Source: Haliotis rubra
Lineage: Eukaryota
Reading direction: 5' to 3'
NCBI RefSeq assembly: GCF_003918875.1
Contig: NW_025765825.1
Span: 124,001-188,000, forward strand
Length of the DNA stretch: 64,000 bases
Below the pieces are notes generated by a model that was not told the origin of the DNA, searched no databases, and was given only the letters and a program-made list of their open reading frames with translations. The position numbers were made by a program, and so were the translations under genes. Shown here piece by piece: positions 49,676 through 62,599 of the stretch (the first letter of the stretch is position 1; every line of letters starts with the position of its first letter).

Positions 49676-52499
49676 CATAATTTTCACAATGGGTATGAAT
49701 CTCATACAATCTGTTTCCATTTATTGACATTATTAATTGTATTGCTGACACCTGGAACTTGAAACAGATCCCAGCAGGGGGTGGAAGTTAAGCGCGTTGA
49801 TGATAAAACCCTGAATGGTAAATTGAACATTTAGATCTCGCATCGTCACATTTTGCAATGATGTATGTGATACGGTCCACACAATAATGCCCATCGCTTG
49901 CAGTTAGAGATACAGATTTCACCCTTATCAATATTGTTAATCTTATTATCAATTTTATAGCCTGTCCATATACCAGAATGTTAAAGCATAATTATCACTT
50001 TGCTGATTTAGGCAAGATAGGACTCAGATTCGGGATATCAAGTTTTTAAAAATCTAAGCTAACTAAGATGTTGTATTTACTACGTTTTATTATGGAACGC
50101 ACTTTTGATGGTGTCAATGCACCGATTCGGGTACATGAGTTACAATATCCAGGTAAGAGATCGCGCTAGTTTTCAACTTGCTCCATGCATGACTGACTGA
50201 GTTTAGTTTTACGCCGCTTTTAGCAATATTCCAGCAATACCACGGCGGGGGACACCAGAAAGCTCCCAATGCAATCTCATCATACTTGTTTTACTTACCT
50301 ATTTTGTTTTGTGAATACACAATGCAATTTAGATATGGTCAAATGCAACATATATTATATATTTTGGATTGATGAAGCCGCGGTGGTTGAGCGGGTTAGG
50401 AGTCTGTCTTTGTGTGCTGGCGATAAGGTGCCTGACTAGTACTCTGAGGGAGTGAGTTCGAATTCGGGTTGGGACTCAACCCAACAAAAGTACTATAATC
50501 TGTACTTTACTAAGAAAGTGTAATCCCAAATATAACATATGTTGTATTCTGTTTTGGTCAGTAATGATTACTATTTTTTTCAACGTGAGGTATTAGTATG
50601 AAATCAATTCATCTCAAAATCCTCTCATGGAATAGTTGGACGGGTATAAGGTCTTGTGCGTAAAATCTCTCATTGATGTAAATAATGCATCCCCCCGAAG
50701 GTTCGGGAGACATATTTCTGTTTTCATGGCAACAATTTGGACTAAGTCTTTTTGAAGTTTAAAGTTCGTTTCGGGAGCAAAATTCTGAAATTATCTGACC
50801 CACCTCTCCCAATTTGCCATACTGCCTCTCCATGACAAGCAGATGTGCCTCTTGGGGGTTTGAACTTTTCTTTCAATTTAATTTGTTCTGTTTCAATTAT
50901 TTTTTTCTGTTGAGGTCTCAACGTTGAATTGGGGGAAGGGGGAGACATCTGTTTTTACCAGTAAAAAGCTTTCTAGTCGAGTTCTGTGACAGTCTAAATA
51001 AAACGTTATAAGAGCGGTTCACGTTTTGTCGATTCACAATTTAGTTTTACGCCGCATTTAGCAATATTCCAGCTAAATGGTGACGGTCTGCAAATAATCG
51101 AGTCTACACAATTGGGATACGATGACACGTGTCAACCAAGTCAGCGAGCCTGACCACCCGATCGCGTTAGTTGCTTCTTTCGACAAACATGGGTTACTGA
51201 AGATCAATTCTAACTCGGATCTTCGCGGGTCTTTTGTGCTTGACTGGAATTGATATATTTATAGACAAGAAGTCGACCTTTTAAAATTTCTCTATGGACA
51301 CGAAGTCGACCAGCGGTAAACTTTGATGTTGAAGGTGTTGCTAGAGTCACACTAATCCGCTAGTAGGTGTTGTTTTAAGATTTTCGATAACGTCAGCATC
51401 GCGTAACGCGTGAACATAGTTCACTCACGTACTTCACTCAAAATGTCATTAATGTCATCACATGAGAGTGCATTTTACAATGATGAACATATCTCATTCA
51501 ATTTAGATATATGTAAGGAAAGAACTCGCGGTAGAATTAAGTTTCGAAATGGCAAATGCACAGTTAAATCGGTCATTTCTTCCTACATCTCGTGGTGGAA
51601 GATACCTGTGTTTTGTTGGATATATTTACCGAGTGAAATAAGAGGAAGCGAGATTCGAAGTGCACAGGAAAGAACTATAACTCCACTGCGTTAACTGTCC
51701 ATAGATCCAAGTGGAACCACCACGATTCCGACAGCCAAGCACCAACAACCGTCTGGAAGGGTGGCACTCTCGTCTGAAGAGATTGGTGGGAAAGGCCCAC
51801 CACAATATTTTTTAAGTAATCAAATTTCATGCTTAGGAGCACACTGAAGTCCGCCTGTTACAGTGGACAAAAACGTCCATTGAAGAACAAGAAATTCAGG
51901 GACTTGGAACGTCTTAGGAGTGGACAAGCCAGCACCAAACAGTTTGCAGATGCTGCATCTCACCTACTTTATGTTTGATGATTTTGTATACGAAATATAA
52001 TGGACGAAATATAGTACTATTCTCCTGTGCTCTCAACCGCATAATCCGGATTACCGCCTTGTGAAAACACTGGATTATCTCTTTGTCTTTTTAATCCCCT
52101 GTTAATTGGCATAAGGTCAAATGGACAGGACGTGGACCTTTCTTTCTTAACTGAACCGTGACATTTCACCCAAGGGTCGACGTCCTGGGCAGACACCAAC
52201 TGATACACACTCAATTTAGGAGAACAGCACTCGTATATCATTTGTGAAGTGTGATGCTGAGAATACATTGTAATTAATATATTTGTTATACTGAATTAAA
52301 GAAAAACACCGCTTGAAGTTTTGTTTGCTAAGATGCTGTAATATTTCCTCTTTCTCTGAGGCTGAATGTAACACGTGAGTGAGTGATCGTGAGTGAGTGA
52401 GTGAGAGAATTAACGCTTCCTTGAACAATACATGCATTTCTGTTCATGGCGTGCCATCTGCATTGTTTGAGAGGCATTTTAGAAGTTAAAGGAAACTAT

Positions 52500-53560
52500 G
52501 GATAGTCAACTTCTTTATTGCAATGACTGCGACATTTCGGCGTAGGTAATAACGCCGTTTGGGTACAGTGTGTGAAGCCCATTTCTGGTGTCCACCGCCG
52601 TGATATTGCTGGAATATTGCTAAACGTGGCGTAAAACCATCCTCACTCACTCACTAACACCGTTATCAAGCAAGTGGTACATTTTGAAACAAAGAGAATA
52701 TATACATTGCTGCATAGTGAGTATTTACAATTAACAGGTTGATTGACATTGGATATGTGATCAGTGTTTTTAGCAGAGTAGGTTGATGTACAGAGTGATT
52801 GGTTGTGATTAGAGTTGAGTTTATACAATTGATCAGTTTGACGTACATTGAGATGATAATAAGTAGGTTGAAGTACACTAGTTGTGATTACAATACACAA
52901 AGGTGAGCGTGGAAGCCAGATGGACAAGGGAGGTATGGAAGGATTACTGGCGGTCGTCTTTGATTAGGTGGTGATAGGACGAGGAGATGAAACAGCCTTG
53001 ATCTCGATTCATGGTGGAGCTGTAGCGTTGGATATTTATGGCTTCAAGGAGTTTCCTAATCTTGTAGTCTACTCGGTTAATTCCCAGGATATCGATGTTG
53101 TTCCATAAGATGGCATGGTCAGGGTTGGCTTGGGGGTGGTCAGCTATGACGGATTTGGAGTCGTTTTTTTTTATTGAAGTTTTGTTTTCTTTAATTTGTT
53201 GGGGGCGGGCAGGGTGTATAGAAGTCTCCACATCCACAATGGGTCTGTTCTGAGGGTGGAAATGATGCCTTTCTTAAAATGTAGATGGTGGTTGGACGTA
53301 AAGTGAAGATATTGGTCGGTATGGATGGGTTTCCCTTTAGACAGTGGTGGAGAGCTTGTTTTCTTTCTTTCATAGGACGTCGAGGAAAGGGAACTTGTCA
53401 GATTCTTCTTCCCTTGTGAACTGCATACGGGGATGTTGGGAATTCAGGTGTTCGAGGATGTCTTCAGGGTTGTCGTTGGGGTTGGGGATATAAGCAGGGC
53501 CTTGTCTTCACGTTCCGTCATGAATATCTCAGTGATGATAGGGGAGATTAGTGTTTTCTC
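52500..53560 (-). mobile_element. Penelope-like element 3' part (GIY-YIG endonuclease C-terminus and 3' end)
   Basis: KSVIADH..HAILWNNIDIL..RKLLEAINI..MNRDQG is the typical PLE endonuclease C-terminal pattern; it is followed by a hammerhead-like motif and AATAAA. Confidence 0.78.
52528..52672 (-). ncRNA. Minimal hammerhead ribozyme-like motif (U3/A8 variant), interrupted by a SINE
   Basis: After removing the SINE and one TSD the minus strand reads TGC-TTGATAA-C-GGCGT-tattacct-ACGCC-GAAA-TGTC-GCA. Confidence 0.6.
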
Positions 53561-54150
53561 TGAAAGGTATTTACAGAAAATAATGCCTTATTGGCCTGAG
53601 AAAAAAAACATGTCTAGGCTTTACTCCATACAAGTCTTGGTGTAAATACAAGTCCTAAATATTTATAAAAAGATACAACTTCAATTTGTTTACCATCATA
53701 ATACCATTTTTCATAATCTCTTAGAGGCCCACCATTTCTAAAAACAAGAATCTTAGTCTTTTTAAGATTAACTGACATACCAGTAGATTTACAAAACTTC
53801 TCAAGAACACTTATCTTTTTCTGTAATTGGTTAAATGTATCAGACAAGGTTGAAACATCATCAGCAAACATAAGTGAACAGCCATTATCCAAATCTGATG
53901 AAACTGTTACACCTGAACCACCCCCCAGTTCCATTAAAGTACATAACCTGTTAATGAAGATAATAAATAATTGCGGGCTTAAAACACAACCCTGACGGGT
54001 ACCAATATTACAAGAAAAACATTTAGACAAACCATTTAAAGTTCTAACACAAGCTGATAAATTCTTATACATTGTTATTATAACATTAAAACATTTACCA
54101 CATATACTAACCGCAGAGAGAGATTGAAGTAAAACATCATGTTTAATAGT
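53561..54150 (-). mobile_element. Non-LTR reverse transcriptase fragment
   Basis: ORF 53614..54072 carries GTRQGCVLSP, LMFADD and YKYLG. Confidence 0.92.
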
Positions 54151-54519
54151 TTAATAGTATCTTACCTTCATGCAAAATACTTTAATTTCATTGGCCATTG
54201 ACGCATCTTCACGTTTCCGTGTCACGCCACCCAGGAGGGTGACAACTAGAAGAAATATTACCCGCTGCCACGGTAACCGCCAAACTCTTCGCCGAGAAGC
54301 TGTATCCCTAACAATCGTATGACATACGCAGTGTGCGGAGTTCGAGTTTTTTTTATTCGTACGCACTTACAGATATTAAAAGATTCACACCAAGGGACCA
54401 GTATTACGGGGGACACAAATACACCAACAATGAACGTCAGTGTGATGGATACAAGAGCACATTATTATGTTTTCAGTACCCCCACTCTTTTAAATATATA
54501 GTGTTTTTAAATGGTTATG

Positions 54520-56833
54520 GTTCATACTTCAGTATAGACAACACTAGTGTGGTGATGATATGCAAAATGTATCGAATGGAAAACCCCACATGGCACAACA
54601 ACGGGATTGCTAAAGAATCTGCAGAGGCGTTTGGGACATCAGGCATTTCTGAATTCGGCGTTACACAACAAACAAACAAACAAATCTTCAGAGGAAGCAT
54701 TTAAAACTACATGTCTGGGATGAAGTTGGTTTCGTTGATGTTTAACACCACACTCAGTAATATTGCAGTTATATGTCGGCGGTCTCAAATTAAAAAGATA
54801 ATTTACTTTTGTTTTCTTTTTGGGCAAAATACACGTTGGTTTTGTTTGTTTGTTGTTTATAGCCGCTCTCAGAAATATTCCGGTCTGTAAATAATCGAGT
54901 ATGGGCCAGACATTTCAGTGATCAACAGCATGCGCATCGGTCTAAACAACTGGAATTCGATGACACGTGTCAAACAAGTCAGCGAGCCTGACCACCCGAT
55001 CCCTTTAGTCGTCTCCTACGTCTTGGATGAGGTAACGCATGAATGGTTCGGTCATTCCCCAGTTAACGGATTGCCTGGTATACCAAAATACCAAATGATC
55101 TCTAAACATCGTTGTAACTTCTTGTGTAAAGGATCATTAACACAACAAGTTAAAGGGCAGCCGTGTCCTTTATGTAGCAATAATTCCCGGTGTATGATTT
55201 TACTGCATGGGTCATCACATTTAGACAATTAATTTACGAGGCGGTTTGAATCCAAGGTGAAACATATTTGAACATTCTGCATCCTTCGTCGTCTTATTGT
55301 TCAGACAATTTCTGCAACCATAGCTTACCTTTCTATAGTTTTCTAAATTCTATGTACAATTAATGACCATATTTATGACATTTCATAATGTATGACAGGG
55401 GTGAGTGATATATTACACAGTTAGGCAAATATTTATCCGAGGTATAATGACATGTCATACAAATACGATGTACAGTTTATTGTTTGAAATGTTTGATAAG
55501 GAAACAGAGCAGTACTGTCAGTCTATTCAGATTTCTTTTATAGCAAAACATTTCAAACATGTGCGATGCTGTCCAGTGTAAACTATCATGATTCTAATTA
55601 GATGTAAGGGATCTATAATGGAAGCTTCGTCTCACCTTGTCTGTTTTGTATTGCAGGTGATGTCTCTGGAAGCTATAAACAGTTGAAGGCCGTTAGTATT
55701 CAGTGCAAAGGCCTCAATTTGTGTTGACTGTACCCACCCAGTTGACAGTATGGTAGCGATGTGAAATCGAAAAACTCAACAGCAATATAAATACAGTCGA
55801 GCACCGTTGTCTCGATATTCATGGGACCAAGAAAAAATACGAGTTATCCGAACTTCGAGACATCCGACCAGGGCATATCATTATATATCACTATAAAAGA
55901 AAACAAAACGCTTCTCAGTGTGTATTGATTCGAAACTATAATCCGTTATCAGTAGTGTTAGTCGTAAGAGTGAGTACTTCCTAATTATCTCCTTCTTAAT
56001 TAATCCTAATTAAATAACAAACAAGTGACACTTTCAACTCAATTAACCCTAATTAGTTTGTAAACGTGTGGAAACAACCTCGGTTCAGAAGGATACTTGC
56101 CCATGAAAGGTAGGTGAATATCGAGTTTTTTGCAAATATCGAGTTAAAAGCGTATTTTTTCTTGTAGGGACCATGGAATTATATCGAGATATCCGAAATA
56201 TCGAGACATTTGTATCGAGTTAAAAGAGCTTGAATAATGACACATTATGAATGAATTTGCCGGGACCGAGATGTAATATCGAGACAACCGAGATATCGAG
56301 CTATCAGTGTCCGACACAACGGTGCTGGACTGTATTATTTTGCAAACGTGAAGGTATACCGAGCGGATCTCTTTTAATATTTTAAGATCAGGTTAAAATA
56401 TATACGAATAGGAGAAGATGCCATAGTAGATTTACAAAAAAGCTACAACTAGTATGAAAGACTTAAATAGGGATAAACTTGCAAAAAGGAAAGATTCTTA
56501 CAAAACTAAAACGCTAATATCACAGAGATCTTATTGGAGATTTCAACTGATTTATCGCTGTTTGGAGAGGATAATTTGACAACTGACAACTGTTTGAAGC
56601 TGACATTATATATGTTATTTATCTGTCTCTTGAGATGATTAGGGATTGTTCTGTTTCCAGTGGAACACACAGTGGAATTGCCGTGTTTGAATGTTCTCCC
56701 TCTCCATTCTGGATGTGTAGGTGGTGATTTTCTCTTTGGTTCCAAATTTAGAATAAAATACATCTCATATACAAATGTTTAGATTTATACTCTTTCAGGT
56801 TTGTCTTACCACCGGAATGGAACGATTCACATA
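54520..56833 (+). repeat. Direct paralog of the 36.5-39.9 kb non-coding segment (third, more diverged copy at about 57450-58810)
   Basis: Colinear blocks such as CAACACTAGT.TGGT..TGATATGCAAAATGTATC, CATGTCATACAAATACGATG, TTAGATGTAA..GTCTGTT.TGT.TTGCAGGT and TTGTTCTGTTTCCAGTGGA. Confidence 0.8.
55794..56332. mobile_element. pogo/Tigger-like MITE (TA TSD)
   Basis: TA-CAGTCGAGCACCGTTGT ... ACAACGGTGCTGGACTG-TA with internal ATCGAG repeats; absent from the paralogous segment near 38150. Confidence 0.85.
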
Positions 56834-57026
56834 NNNNNNNNNNNNNNNNNNNNNNNNNNNNNNNNNNNNNNNNNNNNNNNNNNNNNNNNNNNNNNNNNNN
56901 NNNNNNNNNNNNNNNNNNNNNNNNNNNNNNNNNNNNNNNNNNNNNNNNNNNNNNNNNNNNNNNNNNNNNNNNNNNNNNNNNNNNNNNNNNNNNNNNNNNN
57001 NNNNNNNNNNNNNNNNNNNNNNNNNN
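56834..57026. other. Assembly gap (193 N)
   Basis: Run of N. Confidence 1.
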
Positions 57027-59149
57027 GCGTCGTTAAACCCTTACCTTATGTAATCTTTCTTTATACAAATTCATCTTAATAGGTATTAGTTTTTCCAACT
57101 GGATTAAATCTGAACATATTGTATGCGTTCTACTCGTTGAAATAGTCTTGAAAATTATTCTTTTCAGTACAATGGAAAAAACATATGCTAATAGCCATTG
57201 TCTTAAATGTCAGGGTGCCTTTAAGAACATCACTTTTCTAAGCGTATACACGAAATCTACTTGCAAATATTGATTTTTCGAGAATATATTGCATCTGATA
57301 TTTCGTATTCTTAGACATTTTTAACGTCTTGAAACCCGCCAGGATTGCAAATACAGAAATGGATGTCCGGATGATGGTTAAACTATGTTTCCATTACCAC
57401 CGCTCAATAAAAGTACAGGTTTTAAATTGTTAAAGGTTCGTGCTTTATTGCAAGTGCTCAAGTGCATTAAAAACAGCACTTCTGTGTGGTTGTAATATGC
57501 AACCTGTATGGATTTGTAAGCCTCATATGACATAGATGAAGAATCATCAGAGGCCTTCGGGACATTGGGCGTTCAGCATGCAATAGATCGATCCGTTCCC
57601 ATTGAACGTTGAACTGTTGCACGACACGGGGCATGTGTGTGCTGTTCATGCTTTATTGGAATATGGCACTGAAATATTATTAGAAACATATACAAACGAA
57701 ACAACGTAACTGTGCGACGTAGAAAGTTAAAATGAAACGGTAGTTTGAAATCAAATAATGAATCTTTCAATACAGATTTGTATGACCATCGCCATGATTT
57801 TAAGGTCGTTATTTTGCACTTACATGTTAAGATAGAGCTTAACTTTATTTGAGAACGTGCTTTCCATTTTAATCTCAACAGTACACAACGAGTTTAGGTG
57901 TCAGGTGTTCATAAAATACATATATTTAACCTTAAATATCGATCACACAATTCCACTGGATATTGAAAATCTACGTCTTGCGTCGTGTGTATGGACAAAC
58001 GAAGTTGCCAGGCATTGTAATGTTTATCCAAACACAGCATTATCTCTTGTATCTACAGCATGATCATGTGAGTGAGTGAGTGGGTGGGTGGGTGTGTGTG
58101 TGAGTGAGGGAGTGAGGCCAATTTCTGGTGTCCCCCCGCCGTGATAGTGCTGGAATACTGCTAAAAGCGGCGTAAAACTTCACTTACTCACTCACTCACT
58201 CCTGTATAAAGAATCATTAACTAAACAACTTAAAAGGCCAACTGGATCTTTTTTTGTGCGACAATAATTAGCTATTAAGGGTGTTTCACTATTTTTTTTC
58301 TAATCATGTACACGTGGTCCCCATTGTGCTTCGGTACACCCCATTTAAGTAATTACGTACTAAATAATTTACGACACAATTTCAATTCAAGATTAAGAAT
58401 CTTTTGTACAAGCATCCTTCCTCGTCATTTATTTCCGGACGTTTCTGCAACAGTAGCAAACTGTCCAATCGTTTACAACTGTCCTCCATACACAGGCTTC
58501 AAAAGCGCATTTCTCATGCATGAAAGAGATATTTAATACGTAAATAGACAAATACTTCTATAGAACCTTCCAACGTATAATGAAAGGTCATGTTGATACG
58601 ATGTACAGTTTATTGTTACGAGTGTTAGTCATGGGGCAACAGATCAGTAAGTTTAGCCTCCATGGATTTCTTTCATCACAAACTTCTGAAATGTTTGCGA
58701 CGATTAAAGCATTCTCCAGGGTAAACACTAATCATTGTAATTAGATGTAATGGATCGTTAATGGGTGCTTCGTCTCGCCAGTGTCTGTTTTGTGTTGCAG
58801 GTGATGTCGGTTGAAAATAAGTAACTTAATAAACAAATCTACAATATACTCTGGGGAAAAAGAAACGCAATATGGACAAATTGGAAATGTCTGTGTTTTG
58901 CTGATGTGTCTACGTGAATAGGGAGTGAATCATACATAACGGGTAAAATAAAGTACTAGCAGAAATTTGCCGAAAAAGTGTGGGAAACGTGGCAAAACAC
59001 ATAACATGTAATGAAAGTGCACAAAGAATTGTTGGGCTATGAAAACGACGGGGTTTCATTTGTCTGCCATCACAGATGTACAGCAAGTGAAAGTTAAAAC
59101 ATGCCACTACTGACATTAGCGTAGCGCAATAACGCTATCGGCCGACTGC

Positions 59150-59450
59150 AGACAGGCGTCTCGTTTTTCTTCACTTATTGCCAAGGACCGGTATAAGACT
59201 ATGGAACAGTTATCAGACGCAGGGGTCCTCACGTGACTTATCCAGATCCAGTCGACGTGCCACAACTGCAGCACAAGACATGTACATACGGATTCGTCAT
59301 TTAGTGATAGATTCACCAGGGATATCTCAACAGCTTCAACAATACCCGGAGTGCGAAGTGAGGCACTGCCTATGCAAGGGAAGGGATTCGCTGAAGACGG
59401 ACAGTTCGGGGAGTCATTCTGATCATCATCGTCGGCTGCGAAGTCAATGA
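59150..59450 (+). mobile_element. Tc1-like transposase N-terminal relic
   Basis: RLWNSYQTQGSSRDLSRSSRRATTAAQDMYIRIRHL resembles the Tc1 HTH/GRPR-linker region. Confidence 0.6.
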
Positions 59451-60332
59451 TGTCAAGGACACGGGGTATGACCACAACGTCGATGGAGGCATGTTTGCTT
59501 TAGTGACAAGTTATGTTTTTTTGCCTGTCCGTACCGACGGAAGAAGTCATGCTTGCCGTCGTCGTGCTGAACGCTATGCTCGAAACTGAATACAGGAAAT
59601 GGACACGCTTGGAAGGCGAAACCCCGGCGTACCTTGCCTTAGAGAATTCACAACTTGATAAACTAATATTAATGAACACTCTTTGGCAAGGGTTTGAACA
59701 TGACTGAATGCATCTACTGATTTGCCAACATTACCACATTGCTGAAACGTATGCAATGCCCTTATGAACTTCCTTCTCAACATCCGTTGCAATATCACAA
59801 AATCAATCACTAAGAAGATTGTTTGTATATCGTGCATTCTTCCATGTCCGTTGACACCGTTACACACATATGCACGCCATATATCAGTATCCAAATGCAC
59901 CAGTGTAGTCCAATGAGTTTTCTCTCCTTGTGGAAGTTCATTTTTTCATTTTTAAATTCACTCCAACAGATGTGAAATGTATGCACGGCCTGTTTAGGGT
60001 AACAAACATCGTAATGCCGTTGCGTGGAGTTTTACCACGGGGCGAATTTCTTTCAATCTTTTCAAAGTTGTCATTTACAGGAGTGGGTAATTCACTCACC
60101 GATTCCTGTATTCACCTTCTCGGCATACCCGTCCTTGGTTTCAAACTGTGGTGTTTCGGATGAAGTGGTCCTCGAGTTGAGAGGCCTGGCCCCGATTTCT
60201 CGAAACAAACTTAAGTCTGTTGTCAGACTTAAAAACCCGTAAAAAAACAAAGTGTGAAATCAATACACAACACAGAAGTGTGATGTGATTAACAATTGTA
60301 TTCTCACATATATTAAATTAATTCAAATCTGT

Positions 60333-60727
60333 GAGATGAAGTGAAATTGGGTTTTACGTCGTGCTTGAGAATATTTCGCTCATATGACGACGTGCATGCG
60401 TGTGTATGTGTATGTGCGGCTGCTGGTTTTATAGTGCTAGCCCACTCAGATACTATGCCGCAGTGAAGCATGGATACCCCACTCAGACACATTAAACTGA
60501 CTCCGAGCCGACCAGTCCTTGTTGTACCTATTAATGCCGAGCGCCAGGTAGAGACCAACAAGTACCATATTTTAACGTCTTTTGGTATGACGCGGTCGGG
60601 GATCGAACCCGCGACCTTCCGCTCTCCGGGTGGACGCTCTAACCACTACACCACGGAGGCGGTTTTCGAACCCGCGACCTTCCGCTCTCCGGGTGGACGC
60701 TCTAACCACTACACCACGGAGGCGGTC
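60333..60727 (-). mobile_element. SINE family 1 with duplicated tRNA head
   Basis: Family match; TSD AATTCAAATCTGT at 60320-60332 and 60728-60740; 61-bp head repeated. Confidence 0.9.
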
Positions 60728-60766
60728 AATTCAAATCTGTACCAAGGCATTGCACGGTCATTAGTT

Positions 60767-61520
60767 GACAGGTTTATATAATTTACCTTTAATTATTATG
60801 AATCTATATCTTGATATAGTCGCGATATGGCTGAAATACTGCCGAAGTGACTTCAAATCTACACTCACTCACTTAGAAGGGTATTACAAAATAGAGCGGC
60901 GGTAAAATTTCAAAGGTAATACAAATTATTGTCCTGAGAGGGTTCGTAAGTCCCACAACATTCAAAGTAAATTAGAACTTTCCACTTTTGAATCGTAGAA
61001 TACCTGTCTTTTTAATGTATGGCTAGATTTGCTAAATTGCTAACGGCTGAAGGGATGGTGTAAATCCAGCTATGGTCACTGTGTGGAAGCCCATGTACTG
61101 TAAGTCCCCATGGTCCCTAGTATGGTGATCTACCTTTAGTTGTTGTCAATCTATAGCCTGTTTATATATTGTATTGTCATATATAGTTAAAATATTTTAG
61201 ATTTAATTACTAGTTTTCAAATTTATATCTGTGATATTCTAGTTGTTTTACTGTCCTTCGTTGACAGGATTTTATACTCTATCTTTAATTATTGTTAATA
61301 TATATGTTGTTTTAGTCACGATGTGACTGAAATATTGCCAAAGTGACTTTAAATTTGAACTCACTCACTCACTCGCTGTGATAATCTAGTTGTTTTATTG
61401 TCCTTCGTTGACAGAAATTTATAATTTACCTTTAATTATTAATATATTTATAACTTGATTTGGTTACGATATAGCTGAAATACTGCCGATGTGACTTAAA
61501 ATCTTAACTCACTCACTCCC
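60767..61520 (+). mobile_element. Tandem 3'-UTR fragments of the same LINE
   Basis: Three consecutive tails of the form CGATATGGCTGAAATAYTGCCGA.GTGAC.TAAA...(ACTC)n. Other 3'-UTR pieces at about 8400-8900, 14630-15000, 21000-21470, 44270-44690, 49272-49508 and 62706-62957. Confidence 0.8.
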
Positions 61521-62599
61521 TCAAAGGTAATATAATACAAGAGCAATAGCAATAAAGACAGTAATGTCATATTCACCTCACTACAGTCAATCAATCAATC
61601 TTTACTTCCTACTGAAGAGGCCACAGGCCTATAGTACATATACATATATAATTGGGAATTACATAAATAAATATATTTTCATTACAGTGATAAAACTTTT
61701 GTTCTATACAACATTGCAATGTGGATGGAAGTGGCAAGATTTTGTAATATATATTGATTTTTACTGCTTAAAAGAGCAGAGATTTTTATGATGTTTGGAT
61801 GGATATAGTATAGTAATGTCACATTCACCTCACCAACAGTATTCCTAATGCAGCTTTTGGCCAATGCAGGGTATAATGATCATCACACACAATGCTGATC
61901 TTCTTGTTACTTGAGATGTGAGATGAGAGGCAAGAGTCAACTCCTGTTATCCATACATACAATGCATTACACAAGGAATATAACTGCCACATAACAATAT
62001 GGTGTTGATCTTATATTTCCCCACTCCACTTTTTGAGAATCGACACGTCTGAGTATTGGAAAATCTTAATAATGGAAGCAAACACACACAGAACTGGACT
62101 TTAATGTTGTATCCTTCTCCCCTGTTCAAGAACAAAAATATGTAGATTATCAATACTACGTCTAACACACAACATCAACAATTGTTAGTATTTAGCTATG
62201 AATTAATGTCCAAGTGCCCAAGAGGATATTTCAAGAGATTAGTGAATATATACACAGCTTATCACAAGTGTAGATACGCACTTTAATGTAATCAAGCACG
62301 TAACATTACTTTTAAGTAATTACTATGCTTCACCTCTTGAGGAGACTGCATATATCTCAAGTAACGGATAAAAGTATACACATCTTACCATCCCTAGTTA
62401 GGTGATAATATAAACTATCATGCAGAAAAGGTTACCACCGACTTCACTTGACCAAAAAAATGGAAACAATGTGATAAGTATTTTCCAAACAGGAATCGTT
62501 TCCCAATAATGTGTCTGAAAATTCATTGTAATGCTGGTCTTGCATTTGTCGCATTTCATTAAGAAAGAGTCAAAATTTTAAAAATACACAAGTCCGAGT

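Noticed and set aside
55800-56320. Regular ATCGAG repeats considered as a CRISPR-like array
   Set aside because: Short, irregularly spaced subterminal motifs inside a TIR element in intron-containing eukaryotic DNA; no cas-like ORFs.
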